Shown: piece by piece, positions 18,000 through 28,001 of the stretch
How the letters are laid out: each line of letters opens with the position of its first letter
How positions within the stretch are numbered: position 1 is the first letter of the stretch
From: a virus
Lineage: Duplodnaviria > Caudoviricetes
Strand: one strand, 5' to 3'
Virus record (IMG/VR): IMGVR_UViG_3300021061_000218
Coordinates: 1 to 54,421 of that record
DNA length: 54,421 bases
The notes under the pieces: model-generated
What the model saw: the letters and a program-made list of their open reading frames with translations, nothing else
Database searches by the model: none
What the model was told of the DNA's origin: nothing
Position numbers and translations under genes: made by a program

Positions 18000-20063
18000 T
18001 TAGTAATGTTTCGAGGCTGATTTCATGTTTGTGACGTATTCGATCTCGAAGGCGTCCAGCTTCCATCCAACTCCTTCTGCGTTGCTATAGAGGGAGTGGC
18101 TGAAGTCGATGCCCCTCTTCCCCAGGAGGAAGTAATAGTCGAAGCGTTCGAGAGGATCGCCTGGGGCTCCTCCCGATCCCACGACCGTTTCCCCCGGGAC
18201 CCCCTCTCCGACATCCTCTGCGGCCCCTGCGGGGCCCATGTGGGCATCGGTAATCATTCTGGCCCCTCCGAATTCGATGCCATCAATGTAGGTCTTGTAG
18301 GTGAGCTTGCTCCCCCGTGTCTTCTTCCCTCGGAGGTGTCCCCGCAGGTAAAACTTCTGCTCGGGGGAGTTGTTGCTGAGACGCCCAGAGAGGTACCTTC
18401 GGGCAATCGTGTGATCCCCTGCGTCGTACCCAACCCCGTCCTTGTAGACGATGTCATCATCCGGATCTCCGAAATACATGTTCCGATCCATGATCACGGA
18501 GCAGGACAGATCCGTGTCCTCCGGGCCCGTGAAGACCTTGGGCTTGTTGTCGTAGACCACTCCCGTTCTCACGCCATTCGCCATGTAGATGAGGAGTGCT
18601 TCTTTCGTGAGGGGGTTGTAGGTAAGTCGTGCATTCGACTGATCAACGTCCGCATCCTTGAAGATGGGCATGACTTGCAGGTCGAACTCGTCATCGGCTT
18701 GCTGGATGTTGCCGGCGGAGTCGTAGGCAATGCGGATCAAGCGATTCCCCGTGAAGACGAGGATCGAGTTCTCCATCAAGACGGCGCAGAACTGATTGGC
18801 GCAGCCGTAGTTGCTCGTGAAGAGTTCGGGTGCCGAGAAGGAGGCCGTGCCGTCGGAGTCCCGCACCTCGTAGATGTAATAGATACCCTTCGTCGTGAAG
18901 ACGTAGAGACGCTTCTCTGTGGCGAGGAGGGCTGTCCCCTCTCCGTAGTCGCCCACGATCATGTTGTTCCCCTGCGAGAAGTCATTCACGTTCTCGAGCG
19001 TTCCGACAGTCGAGATCGTCTCGCTGTGGCGCAAGATATTGGGCTCGCCTTTGATCCCCCAAAGCCAAAGCGTTGAAGCCCAGAAGGCCAACGATTTCGC
19101 TTTGATGGATCCTGCATTCTCCGGAGGCGTGAGGGAGACTTTCTGCGTCACATACTTCCCTGCAGCATGCGTCGATGCGACGTTCGTAACACCTGTGAGC
19201 AAATCCCCATCGCCCCCCTCGGAAACGAAGAGGTAATCCACCTCGTCACCCTCGATGTAGACCTTGTCGGTGGCGTTATTAAATCGCATCCCCTCAGAAT
19301 CCTGCAGCTCCAAATAGGCCCCGAAAGTGGCCTGTACATAGTCGAGGACTTTTAGATCCGGGTCAGTGGAGTCGGAGAGGCGGACGTAAACAGTGTTGTA
19401 GTCCAGTGAGTCCGAATTTCCATAAGCCCACTCCCCTGCGGCGAGGTTTGGCAAGGTGCCCGGGGTCATCGCCACCCCGTTCTGGAGCACCGTCGAGGGC
19501 TGGTTGATGTCGGGGTTTAAGCTGTCGATTGTTCGCAGGAAATAGACGTTCGTACCCTGGCTCGAAATCGTCCAAGAGTACGAATCGTTCTTGATGCTGA
19601 CCGTGAGCGTGGGGGGAGACGTGGTGAGCTCCGCATTGAGTTTGCCGATAGGGATTCTTCCCGCATCGTCTTCTCCGTTGGCGTAGTAGAGATTGCCTCG
19701 GAACTCTCTAAAGAGCACCGGGTGACCGGCCGTAAGATCAAGTCCCGGATCTGCCTCGTAGACCGTTGCAGTTGCCTGCGGGGAGATGGACTCATCGACG
19801 TACTTCACCTTCCCGTTGACCGCCGCAAAGAGCAGGTCTGGGTAATTCTCCGCCCTCCCGAGGCCATCGATACCATGTCCCGACTCCCCCCAGTTCCACC
19901 CGGGATCAATGTGCCCCGGGGGCGTGCCGATTCCCCCTTCGGTGAAGCAGCGCAGGTTTCGGGATTCCCGGTTCTGGGACGGATCCAGGTTGCGTTCGCC
20001 TGTCGTGAGGGCTCGGCCCCCACCGACGTGTCGTGCCTCGATCTTGCGTCGATACGTAGGCAT
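18000..20063 (-). CDS. Tail hub/nozzle (P22 gp10 / T7 gp12-like stabilisation protein)
   Basis: 687 aa beta-rich; YYANG.D and NYGC motifs; position after the adaptor. Confidence 0.65.
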   Translation of the reverse strand: MPTYRRKIEARHVGGGRALTTGERNLDPSQNRESRNLRCFTEGGIGTPPGHIDPGWNWGESGHGIDGLGRAENYPDLLFAAVNGKVKYVDESISPQATATVYEADPGLDLTAGHPVLFREFRGNLYYANGEDDAGRIPIGKLNAELTTSPPTLTVSIKNDSYSWTISSQGTNVYFLRTIDSLNPDINQPSTVLQNGVAMTPGTLPNLAAGEWAYGNSDSLDYNTVYVRLSDSTDPDLKVLDYVQATFGAYLELQDSEGMRFNNATDKVYIEGDEVDYLFVSEGGDGDLLTGVTNVASTHAAGKYVTQKVSLTPPENAGSIKAKSLAFWASTLWLWGIKGEPNILRHSETISTVGTLENVNDFSQGNNMIVGDYGEGTALLATEKRLYVFTTKGIYYIYEVRDSDGTASFSAPELFTSNYGCANQFCAVLMENSILVFTGNRLIRIAYDSAGNIQQADDEFDLQVMPIFKDADVDQSNARLTYNPLTKEALLIYMANGVRTGVVYDNKPKVFTGPEDTDLSCSVIMDRNMYFGDPDDDIVYKDGVGYDAGDHTIARRYLSGRLSNNSPEQKFYLRGHLRGKKTRGSKLTYKTYIDGIEFGGARMITDAHMGPAGAAEDVGEGVPGETVVGSGGAPGDPLERFDYYFLLGKRGIDFSHSLYSNAEGVGWKLDAFEIEYVTNMKSASKHY

Positions 20064-20854
20064 TAGAAGCCAGGCCGGAACATGTTTTCGGTGCTCGTGT
20101 CTTGTCTGGCAAAGTGCGCCTTTGCGGACTTCTTAATAGTCGCTGCCATCTGCTCGTACTCTTGAGCACGGTCAGAGTCGTAGAGGACTCTGTGGCCTCT
20201 AGCCGTGCCCTTGGCGATGACGTACTGGTCCCAGATATCGGCAATGTCCAGGGTGTCTGCGGCAACCAAGTCGTCTGACCACTTCTTGTAGAAGTGGACG
20301 ACGACCTTCTGGTCTCCCGATGTCGCAACGGGCAGGATGAAGAAGTCGCTGTAGATGATGTAGCTCTGCGGAGGAACATTCTGCAGATCTCCCCTGCGGG
20401 CAAGCGCATACTTCGTCCCCTCAACGAAGAGAGACTGCGGGCGCAGGAAGGTCGATGGGACCGGATATCCCAGCTGTACCACCGCTCCCGAAGACAGGAC
20501 GCAGGGGGCGGCTGGAATCGTGAGAGTGGTCCCTGACCTCGTGAATGTAAACGGAATGTCCGCAATGACGCAGAGCCCGGAGGCGGGCCAGCCGGATGAG
20601 GACGTGATGGTGGCGGATACGCCGCCTGACGCCACCTCGGCGGAGAGAGTCGTGTCGGAGACTGTTACGAATCCGCTCGTCGTCTCCCCCGTCTTCATGC
20701 GGACGTCATCGATGAACTCCTTTCTGTCTCTATTGGCCCACTTCTCAACCACCTCCTGGGAGAGACCGGGGAATGAGTTCCCCGAGTCCACCCCCAGTTC
20801 GGAGAAGATATCGTCTACGACTTCGCCGAAGGTGTTGAAGAGATAGGTGGCCAT
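20063..20854 (-). CDS. Head-tail adaptor-like protein
   Basis: TFGEVVDDI..ELG N-terminus, helical C-terminus; synteny. Confidence 0.6.
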   Translation of the reverse strand: MATYLFNTFGEVVDDIFSELGVDSGNSFPGLSQEVVEKWANRDRKEFIDDVRMKTGETTSGFVTVSDTTLSAEVASGGVSATITSSSGWPASGLCVIADIPFTFTRSGTTLTIPAAPCVLSSGAVVQLGYPVPSTFLRPQSLFVEGTKYALARRGDLQNVPPQSYIIYSDFFILPVATSGDQKVVVHFYKKWSDDLVAADTLDIADIWDQYVIAKGTARGHRVLYDSDRAQEYEQMAATIKKSAKAHFARQDTSTENMFRPGF

Positions 20855-20863
20855 GAGTTCTTA

Positions 20864-21469
20864 TTAAATTTGAACGAGGAGGTCCTCAGTCGGAGCTCCT
20901 ACGGGTGTCTTGTTGCCGTCTTTCTCGGAATCATCGCCATCGGAGAGGTCATCGCTCCCCGTCACCTTCGCATTCGCCGCCGCTTCCGCAGCGGCTACGA
21001 TGTTCTCGTGCGGATTTACGGGCTCAGCGACAACGGGGTTGTGTTTCTTCCCCGTCTGCGCCTCAAAGCTCTGGACTCGCTGGTCCCATTCCATCTTCTT
21101 CACTTCAACCTTGGCCTGGAGCTCTTGAGCCTGTTCCGTCACGACCTCCATCGCCTTCTCATTCAAGCCCAGACCGTGCTCCTTGAGCGCAGCCCTCAGG
21201 CCATCAATGCCTCCCATCGCCGTGAATTCGACGTCGGACATCTTGCTGTTCGCCAAACGCTGCACCCGATCTCCAGCGACCCTTTTTCGATGCGCCACGA
21301 GGTTGGGATGGTTGTAGGTTCCCGTCTCTCGATACTGCGGGAGGTGATGACGGCCCGGAGTCTTCTGCAACTTCTCGTTGCCTCCGAAGAAAATTTCAGC
21401 GGGGAGCTCGATGGGCGGACGGCCCATCTTCTCCAATTGCTGTACCCTGTCGTAGGTCAGCTTAGACAT
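20864..21469 (-). CDS. Hypothetical protein
   Basis: 201 aa; preceded by ATTCCTAACC. Confidence 0.75.
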   Translation of the reverse strand: MSKLTYDRVQQLEKMGRPPIELPAEIFFGGNEKLQKTPGRHHLPQYRETGTYNHPNLVAHRKRVAGDRVQRLANSKMSDVEFTAMGGIDGLRAALKEHGLGLNEKAMEVVTEQAQELQAKVEVKKMEWDQRVQSFEAQTGKKHNPVVAEPVNPHENIVAAAEAAANAKVTGSDDLSDGDDSEKDGNKTPVGAPTEDLLVQI

Positions 21470-21556
21470 AGAATATGGTTAGGAATGAATAAGCGATTTG
21501 AGGCAGGGGGACTTCTCCCTCCTCTCCGAAGAGAGGATGGGAAATCCCCGAGAGGA

Positions 21557-22480
21557 TCAGGAAGCGGCCGTCGCACCTGCGACGCCGAGTTGACCACCCG
21601 CACCGTCGTTACCGATGGACGAGTTGACGTCGATGAAGAACTTGTCGGACATGGTTCCCCACGTCTTCGCCTCCGTGACATCATCCGCACCGGGGATGAT
21701 GAAGAAGCAGTTCTGCGCACCTCCTTCCATGGCTGCAACCTGGATGAACACCTCGGCTCCAGAGAGGAGCTGGGTGCCGTAGCAGTTGCGGAGCCAGACG
21801 TTTTTGGCAGCCGTCGTCTTGTTATGGACGATGGCGGACTCAAAGTTTCCGTAGAAGTAGCAGTCCTCGATGAAGAGGTCTTCGCTATCCACGAGATAGA
21901 AGCATCCCGTTGCCGCAGCACCATCCGTACCCGCCGGATCGGTGGGCTGGATGAACTTGCAGCGACGGAACGTGAAGCCGTCGATCGTGGTCGCCAGGTT
22001 CACGAAGTTCACGATTTCCTTCGTCGAGGAAGAAACGAATTCGCAGTCCTCGCAGACGAAGTTGCCGGCGTTCACGTCCAAGACGACAGCGAGGCTATCG
22101 ATGTTGGACACGAAGCGCAGGTTCTTGATGGTGATGTTCGCAGCATCAATGTCGATATCAGCCGTGGTGGCCGTATCGAGGGTGATGGTCGGACGGTTGG
22201 AGCCGTTGCCCATACCGATGACCGTCACTCCTGCAACGTCGGCAACGATGCCGGCAGCAGCAGAGATGGTCTCCGTGTGGCCCGGGAGGACCACGATCAC
22301 GTCGCCAGCGGAGAGACCCGACTTGTTGAAGGCGGCCTCAATCGTGGAGAACGGGCGGAGAGACGAACCGTCGCCTGAGACGTTACCCGTTGCCGAGCTC
22401 ACGAAGACGACGTCTCCGACAGCCTCCGGGAGTTGTCCCTTCAGCGTGGTCGGAGTGAGATTATAAGGATTGATAGGCAT
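21557..22480 (-). CDS. Right-handed beta-helix (pectin lyase-like) virion protein
   Basis: GDG.SLRPFSTIEAA, GDVIVVLPGH.E, GVTVIG.G, ANITIKNLRF. Confidence 0.75.
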   Translation of the reverse strand: MPINPYNLTPTTLKGQLPEAVGDVVFVSSATGNVSGDGSSLRPFSTIEAAFNKSGLSAGDVIVVLPGHTETISAAAGIVADVAGVTVIGMGNGSNRPTITLDTATTADIDIDAANITIKNLRFVSNIDSLAVVLDVNAGNFVCEDCEFVSSSTKEIVNFVNLATTIDGFTFRRCKFIQPTDPAGTDGAAATGCFYLVDSEDLFIEDCYFYGNFESAIVHNKTTAAKNVWLRNCYGTQLLSGAEVFIQVAAMEGGAQNCFFIIPGADDVTEAKTWGTMSDKFFIDVNSSIGNDGAGGQLGVAGATAAS

Positions 22481-22546
22481 GTATGTTTGTTGGAGTGGAT
22501 GAAGTTAGTCGAAGGGGGCCGAAGCCCCCTTCTCCAGGTTTCAAGA

Positions 22547-23539
22547 TCAAACGGCGGCGGAGCCGACCACGAAGTGACCGTCCAGGTGGCCGATGTCGTA
22601 ACGCATCTTGGCCTTGAACTGGATGGAGTTGTTGTTCGGATCGACCGTCGGAGCCTCCGGGTCCGGCATCGTGCGGATCGAGGAGATCAGCTGACCGTCA
22701 GCCTTAGCAAGGTTCTCGTCGACAATGAACCAGTAGCGGGACTTCGCCGTGTTCTTGGCGCCGGCAGCCGTGGTGTCCAAGTAGGGCAGCATGACGTGGC
22801 GGTACACACCCTGGTACGGGTTGATGTCGTTGAGATCGGAGCCAACCTGAAGGTTCTGCTTCGACAGGCGCATCGCCTGGTGGCGAGTGCCTGCGTGCTG
22901 ACCCGTGACGAGGGCCGTGAATTCCGGAGCGACGAGTTCGCCGTTCTGGTCCACCATCGCAGCGCCGAGGTCCTCAGCGTCCTCGAGGGACGACTCGGAC
23001 AGACGGGCGACGAGCTTGTTGTCGTACGTGTCACCGTTGTTGAGGGTGTGCGTATCGGCACACATGGCCGCAGCGTCGCCGCCGACCGTGGACACCGTGC
23101 GTCCGTCACGATCCGTGTAGGACGTGTCGAAAGCGAAGGTGAACTTGTGGGTCAGGTCGAGTGCGTAACCACGCCAGAGCTTCGTGCCGGTCTTGCGAAG
23201 CAGGGCACCGATCTGGGCGTACTTGTTGAATTCAATCAGGTCTTCCGTGATCTTCCGGCGGGCGGTGCGCTTCACCTGCGTGAGCGTGATGGTGTCGCCT
23301 TCCGTGTCGGACACGAGAGCGTAGTCCTCGTTGTCACCCGTGACGTGCGAGAAACCAGACTCGTTGAAACCAGCGTGAGCCTCAGACAGCTCAGGAGCCG
23401 ACTTCTCGTAGAAGAGAGAGCGGACAGCGAGCGTCTTGGGAATGGACATCGAGGCTCCCTCGTGCCAGTTCACAATCCCGATCTTCACCAGGTCATTGAG
23501 CTGACCCAGGTTGTACGGGTTAAGAAGTTGAGTAGGCAT
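22547..23539 (-). CDS. Major capsid protein (HK97 fold, Mu gpT-like)
   Basis: 330 aa; ITEDLIE, C-terminal KMRYDIG...FVVGS; follows scaffold and decoration genes; strong codon bias. Confidence 0.85.
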   Translation of the reverse strand: MPTQLLNPYNLGQLNDLVKIGIVNWHEGASMSIPKTLAVRSLFYEKSAPELSEAHAGFNESGFSHVTGDNEDYALVSDTEGDTITLTQVKRTARRKITEDLIEFNKYAQIGALLRKTGTKLWRGYALDLTHKFTFAFDTSYTDRDGRTVSTVGGDAAAMCADTHTLNNGDTYDNKLVARLSESSLEDAEDLGAAMVDQNGELVAPEFTALVTGQHAGTRHQAMRLSKQNLQVGSDLNDINPYQGVYRHVMLPYLDTTAAGAKNTAKSRYWFIVDENLAKADGQLISSIRTMPDPEAPTVDPNNNSIQFKAKMRYDIGHLDGHFVVGSAAV

Positions 23540-23588
23540 ATTTCGTTGTTAGGTTTGTGTGTAAAAAAGTTCGAAAGGATCAGTCAGA

Positions 23589-24020
23589 TCACTCTCCAAC
23601 ACGGATCATGAAGCGAACGACGGCGGACGCCGTGGACAGGATCTTGTCGATGTAGAGATCGTTATTCGAAGCGGTGTCAGCAGCAGCGTTCACCTGGCCC
23701 GAGGACACAGAGGTGAGGTCGCACTGAACATCCGTCGAGGCGAACGTGCCGGAACCGGCGCCGCAGCGGAACTGCGTGCTCGGCAAGACCTTCGTGGCCA
23801 TGCGGTACGTGTTCGAAGCGTAGTCGGAGTCCGTGGACACCTTCTCCTTGTCGGAGAGGACGTAGCCAACGGCTTCGTTCGTCGTGGCAGGCTCCCAGGT
23901 CTGAGCCGTGGCGGTGCGCTTGAGCGGGCAGCCCGGCTTCACAGCCGTGGACGCCTTGATCAAGATGGGCTCCTGGATGAGTTCTCCATCGTGATAATGG
24001 AAACCAGTAATGGTAGGCAT
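23589..24020 (-). CDS. Capsid decoration/cement protein
   Basis: 143 aa between scaffold and capsid genes. Confidence 0.6.
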   Translation of the reverse strand: MPTITGFHYHDGELIQEPILIKASTAVKPGCPLKRTATAQTWEPATTNEAVGYVLSDKEKVSTDSDYASNTYRMATKVLPSTQFRCGAGSGTFASTDVQCDLTSVSSGQVNAAADTASNNDLYIDKILSTASAVVRFMIRVGE

Positions 24021-24084
24021 AATGTGTGTTTAAAAATGAAAGGTACAAACGGGTAATCCCGTGATGACGGGGCCGTGTAGCTTT

Positions 24085-24948
24085 CTATCTTGCGAAGCGA
24101 AGAGTTTCGCTCAGGATCTGATCGATGTTCGGGTCGAGGTATTGCTCGGCCTTCGCAGGATCGACGCCTGACTCTCTTATGCGCTTTGCGAGTTCCGCAG
24201 ACAGGAGCGGTCTCTTTTCAGTTACCGTCGTGGCTCTCGGAGCAGAGATAGAACCCTCTGCTACATTCAGCATGTCGAGCGCCATGTCATTGGCGGTCGT
24301 GGTCTGGGATGTTTTCCCGGAGAGTACCCTGGCGAGTTCGTACTTCTTCTCGAGCGGGAATTTCTTCTCGTCGGAATAGTGCGGGTCGCTGTATACCTCT
24401 CGGAACGCTTCCTCCAGTTCACCCGTAAGGTCCGGGTGCACACTTCGCAATCTTTCGACTTCCGAATCGAGCAGCTTCTTCTCAATCGCCTGGAAACGCT
24501 TGTCCTTCTGGACTTCTTTCTTGATGTCCTCGGGCTTCGCATCGGGATTCTCCTTTCGTTGCAGAAGCTCTTCCAAAGTCTCGACTCCATAGTCGAATTC
24601 CTTGAGAAGCTTCTCTGCGACTTCCGGTTCCTCCTCGGCTATTTTGTAGATATTGTCCTGATCGGACTCGACAGCGATCCGGGCGTACTTGAGCCGCTTC
24701 TCGCTGAGATCTCCGATCTTCTGTGCTGCGTGTCGGTCGTCTTTTGTCTGTGGCTGCACGACTGGGGCCGGCTGAACATGGCCCTGAGTCACAGGTACGG
24801 CAACAGAGGCTTTCGCTACTGGGGCATTGAGTGCTCCCACCTGCGTAAAGTCCTGAGTCTGAACCTGTCCCCCGTTTCCACTCGGAGTGAGTGTCTGTGG
24901 CTGCCCCGCTGAATCGGCAGGGTTCACAGACGCATTTTGTGCGGTCAT
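24085..24948 (-). CDS. Scaffolding protein
   Basis: Disordered N-terminus, acidic helical body; position between portal and capsid. Confidence 0.7.
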   Translation of the reverse strand: MTAQNASVNPADSAGQPQTLTPSGNGGQVQTQDFTQVGALNAPVAKASVAVPVTQGHVQPAPVVQPQTKDDRHAAQKIGDLSEKRLKYARIAVESDQDNIYKIAEEEPEVAEKLLKEFDYGVETLEELLQRKENPDAKPEDIKKEVQKDKRFQAIEKKLLDSEVERLRSVHPDLTGELEEAFREVYSDPHYSDEKKFPLEKKYELARVLSGKTSQTTTANDMALDMLNVAEGSISAPRATTVTEKRPLLSAELAKRIRESGVDPAKAEQYLDPNIDQILSETLRFAR

Positions 24949-25106
24949 AAGATTGTTTGTGTGTAGGCTGAGACATCATTTCCTGATGGCTCTATGCGCC
25001 TCTCCAGCCCACGTTGGGGCGACTCGAGAGGCTGATGCAACCATCAGAATGACGTTCAGTGAAGTAAAAGAACTATTTTCGGATATAACAAGAATTCAAA
25101 ATTGGG

Positions 25107-25460
25107 TCAATAGATACGACGCCTGTTCTGGCTTTTGTTCATCGCATGCTGTTGCAACTCTTGGAAGAGCGCTTGCTCTTCCTGTTCCTCTTCCTCAAAA
25201 GTCTTGAGTGATTCCAGGGTCTCCGGAGTGCCGAGGTTCTTATTGAAGTCCACGGGCTTCGTGTATCCACGCATCCGCATGTGCCCGCAATGCCCCATCC
25301 AGTACACCCGGTACGCCTGGGTTCCATCGACGGCGGGAGTCGAGACTTTCGTGTACAGATACGTGTCCCCTCTCACTGGATACGGGATCTTGCACTTGCG
25401 GCAGGCGTAGTGCGTATTCGGCTTCCAGAGCTTGAAGTTCTTGTGGAAGATCGGCTTCAT
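25107..25460 (-). CDS. Hypothetical protein with CxxC / CxH motifs
   Basis: ATGA overlap with the upstream gene at 25457-25460. Confidence 0.65.
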   Translation of the reverse strand: MKPIFHKNFKLWKPNTHYACRKCKIPYPVRGDTYLYTKVSTPAVDGTQAYRVYWMGHCGHMRMRGYTKPVDFNKNLGTPETLESLKTFEEEEQEEQALFQELQQHAMNKSQNRRRIY

Positions 25461-25813
25461 ATCTTGGCGGGGATGGTCGGCTGCGCATCTGCGTCTTTGA
25501 CCTGCTTCCACATGGAGGCGAAGTCATGCGTGATTTCCGACACCATTTCGACACCTCCGGCGCACACCGTAGCCTCCGTCGTCTTCCCCACGATCGTAAA
25601 GCCGTGGGCCTTGTCTCGCTTGCGATCCGCCTTCCACAGAAGGTACTTCTCTAGCAGACGGAACTCCGGCTGGGAGATCAGGTGGCAGATCGCCTTCATT
25701 TCATCGAGCTTGGGTTCCTTGAAGCCGGCAGTCGTGAACACGGGGTCCACAACGGCGCCCTGCTTTGCGGGACCGAAGAGTCCTCTAATCCACTCGATGA
25801 ACTTTTGCATCAC
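25457..25813 (-). CDS. Hypothetical protein following the portal
   Basis: Coupled to the portal stop codon. Confidence 0.7.
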   Translation of the reverse strand: MMQKFIEWIRGLFGPAKQGAVVDPVFTTAGFKEPKLDEMKAICHLISQPEFRLLEKYLLWKADRKRDKAHGFTIVGKTTEATVCAGGVEMVSEITHDFASMWKQVKDADAQPTIPAKI

Positions 25814-27873
25814 TGAAGTTGGTTAAGCATGGAAAGCTGGTCAGTTCCACTCATAGGCGGCTGTGCTGGACCCTGCGGCATCCCCTCTTCTTGGGGCATG
25901 GCCTGGGGCTCAGGTGACTTAAACGTCTGTTGGAACTTCTTTTTCAGCTCTTCCATGGCACTCGTGGCGGACCTCCCCTCGTCTCTCTGCTCGCTCACGA
26001 TGACCTTCTTCACGGGCAAATCATTGACCTCGGCCAGCTCCTTCGAGAGGGCTTCCAGGTCCCAGACCAGCTTCCCGCTAGCAACCCCCGTCTCCGGATT
26101 CACCTGGAGAGAGGAGCCGTTCACGGTGATGGCGGTGTTCAGCAATTCGCTGAGCGTCAGCTTCTTGGCCTCCTTCGAGGATCCCATGGCGCTCGGGCGC
26201 ACGGCACGGACATCCAGTCTCGATTTCGTGCGGATGTACTCCGGGCGGGCGAGGATGTAGCTGTTGCCCGAGGGGTCCAGTCGCAGGGAGAAAGACTTTT
26301 TGCTCTTGTCCTCCTCTTCGATGATCTTCATGCCGTCCATCGGGATCTTCCTCTTTTCGAGCTTCGCAATCGGATTCTTGTCTTTGTCACGGACAATCTC
26401 ATCTTCCTCAAGGTCCGAGATGTCTTCCTCAGCCATCAGCCTCCTTATCTTGGGGGCCGGGAAGTACTGCATGATGTCTTGGATCAAGAGGTTGCCGAGA
26501 CGCACGATGAAGTTCGCCTCATTCTCTCGGAGGTTGGCGTTCACTCTTGCGAGCATTCCCTCTTTCTTCAGGGCCTCGATGCCCACCCGTTCCGACTGCT
26601 CACCGAAGAGCTGCTGGTAGTTGATGCCCGTCACCCAGATCAGAAGCTCCTCGATCTTGTCTTTCAACTTGTAGCTCTCGCCGGGCACGGAGCCCAGCTG
26701 CATCAGTTCGATGTTGTCTTTGGCCCCGTCTAAAACGACGCCCGGATAGGAAGCGATGGATCTGGGGTCGACGACCGAGTCGTCGGAGGTCGCAAGGATC
26801 GGGAAGGCGAGTTTCGTGGCCCGCACCTCCGCCTGCATGATGGCGTTGTAGGCGGCCTCAAGCGATTCGATGAGCTTGGGGATCCCCTTGCTGTAGAACG
26901 TGTGAGGACGCCGGTGCATGTGGAGCACGGCGAAAGGCAGTTCCTTGTGGTCGTCTAAGAGGCAGGTCGGGCGGATCAAGACGTTGTTCGCCATTACAAC
27001 GTATTCGTCTCGGTACTTATTCCAGTACTCGAGAACCACCACTCGCTTCGTCTCATCGGGGATGAGCGAGAGCGGGGACGTCAGCATGTGCTTGTCATCC
27101 AGGCGGTAAGCGCAGCCAGGCTGCACGTACTCGATATTCTGGTATCGCTTGTCGTGCTGGACCATCTGCTTGAACTGAGCCCAGCTCATCTCCGTCTCCA
27201 GCATGCAGTCTTCCGCTTCGTCGATGTCTTTCGCCGCATCATCGATTAAAAACCTCTTCGGGTTATCGATAATCTCGATCTTGATGTCGTCCCAGGGGTA
27301 GTCGATCACTTCCTCCGTCTTAATCGTGATCCCATCATCCCCCTTCACGGGCTTGCGCTGCTTGATGATGCGAGTCTCCCGGCAGAAGTAGATGCGCACG
27401 GGGACGTGGCCGTAGACTCTCCTGAGTCGCAGCGCCTGCTGCTTCACCTTGTCCCAATTCGTGCGGGAGAGGGCGTACTTCTTGGCCGCATCGATCAGCG
27501 GCAGCTTCTGTTTGTCGGTGGCTTCCTGGGTATCGACAGCGATATCCGGGAAGGCATCGAGCTCTTCGGCTACAGCCGTATCAATGATCGTGTGGGACCA
27601 CGGAATACGGAAACGCTCCTTGGTGTTGGTCGGGTCCTCGGGGATCTCCGCCTCGAGGATAGTGATGGCGTCATCCCATTCCTGGTGGTAGTGCTGCTGG
27701 GCAACCACAAGATCTTGGTGTCGACGAAGGAGGCGCTCCACGATGGAGCGCTCCTCGTCTGTAGGCTGCCAGACCTTCGGAACCTCGTTCTGCTTCTCTT
27801 CTAAATTCGGAACCTTGTTCTTGTCAGTATACGTGACTTTGTTTTCGGGGTTCAGGGCAGCAGCCTTGGGCAT
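25810..27873 (-). CDS. Portal protein
   Basis: ~687 aa; VLEYW, ELPF, FYSKGIP; directly downstream of TerL; ATG 27873 after an A/C-rich leader. Confidence 0.85.
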   Translation of the reverse strand: MPKAAALNPENKVTYTDKNKVPNLEEKQNEVPKVWQPTDEERSIVERLLRRHQDLVVAQQHYHQEWDDAITILEAEIPEDPTNTKERFRIPWSHTIIDTAVAEELDAFPDIAVDTQEATDKQKLPLIDAAKKYALSRTNWDKVKQQALRLRRVYGHVPVRIYFCRETRIIKQRKPVKGDDGITIKTEEVIDYPWDDIKIEIIDNPKRFLIDDAAKDIDEAEDCMLETEMSWAQFKQMVQHDKRYQNIEYVQPGCAYRLDDKHMLTSPLSLIPDETKRVVVLEYWNKYRDEYVVMANNVLIRPTCLLDDHKELPFAVLHMHRRPHTFYSKGIPKLIESLEAAYNAIMQAEVRATKLAFPILATSDDSVVDPRSIASYPGVVLDGAKDNIELMQLGSVPGESYKLKDKIEELLIWVTGINYQQLFGEQSERVGIEALKKEGMLARVNANLRENEANFIVRLGNLLIQDIMQYFPAPKIRRLMAEEDISDLEEDEIVRDKDKNPIAKLEKRKIPMDGMKIIEEEDKSKKSFSLRLDPSGNSYILARPEYIRTKSRLDVRAVRPSAMGSSKEAKKLTLSELLNTAITVNGSSLQVNPETGVASGKLVWDLEALSKELAEVNDLPVKKVIVSEQRDEGRSATSAMEELKKKFQQTFKSPEPQAMPQEEGMPQGPAQPPMSGTDQLSMLNQLQ

Positions 27874-28001
27874 ACAGGTGTTGTTGTTTGTGTTTGTGTT
27901 CTTCCCACCCTCAGTGAGAGGCAAAGGCCTGGACGGGCCTAACGCCAATTTCTGAACGTAACAGATGACGATTCTGTCGTCTATGGTTTGGCACTATGAT
28001 T

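Noticed and set aside
20870-23611. Long + strand ORFs (502 and 392 aa) opposite the capsid-region genes
   Set aside because: Antisense shadows of strongly codon-biased genes; no motifs or start context. The same applies to 1126-2079, 12416-13483, 18096-19076 and 40223-41224.
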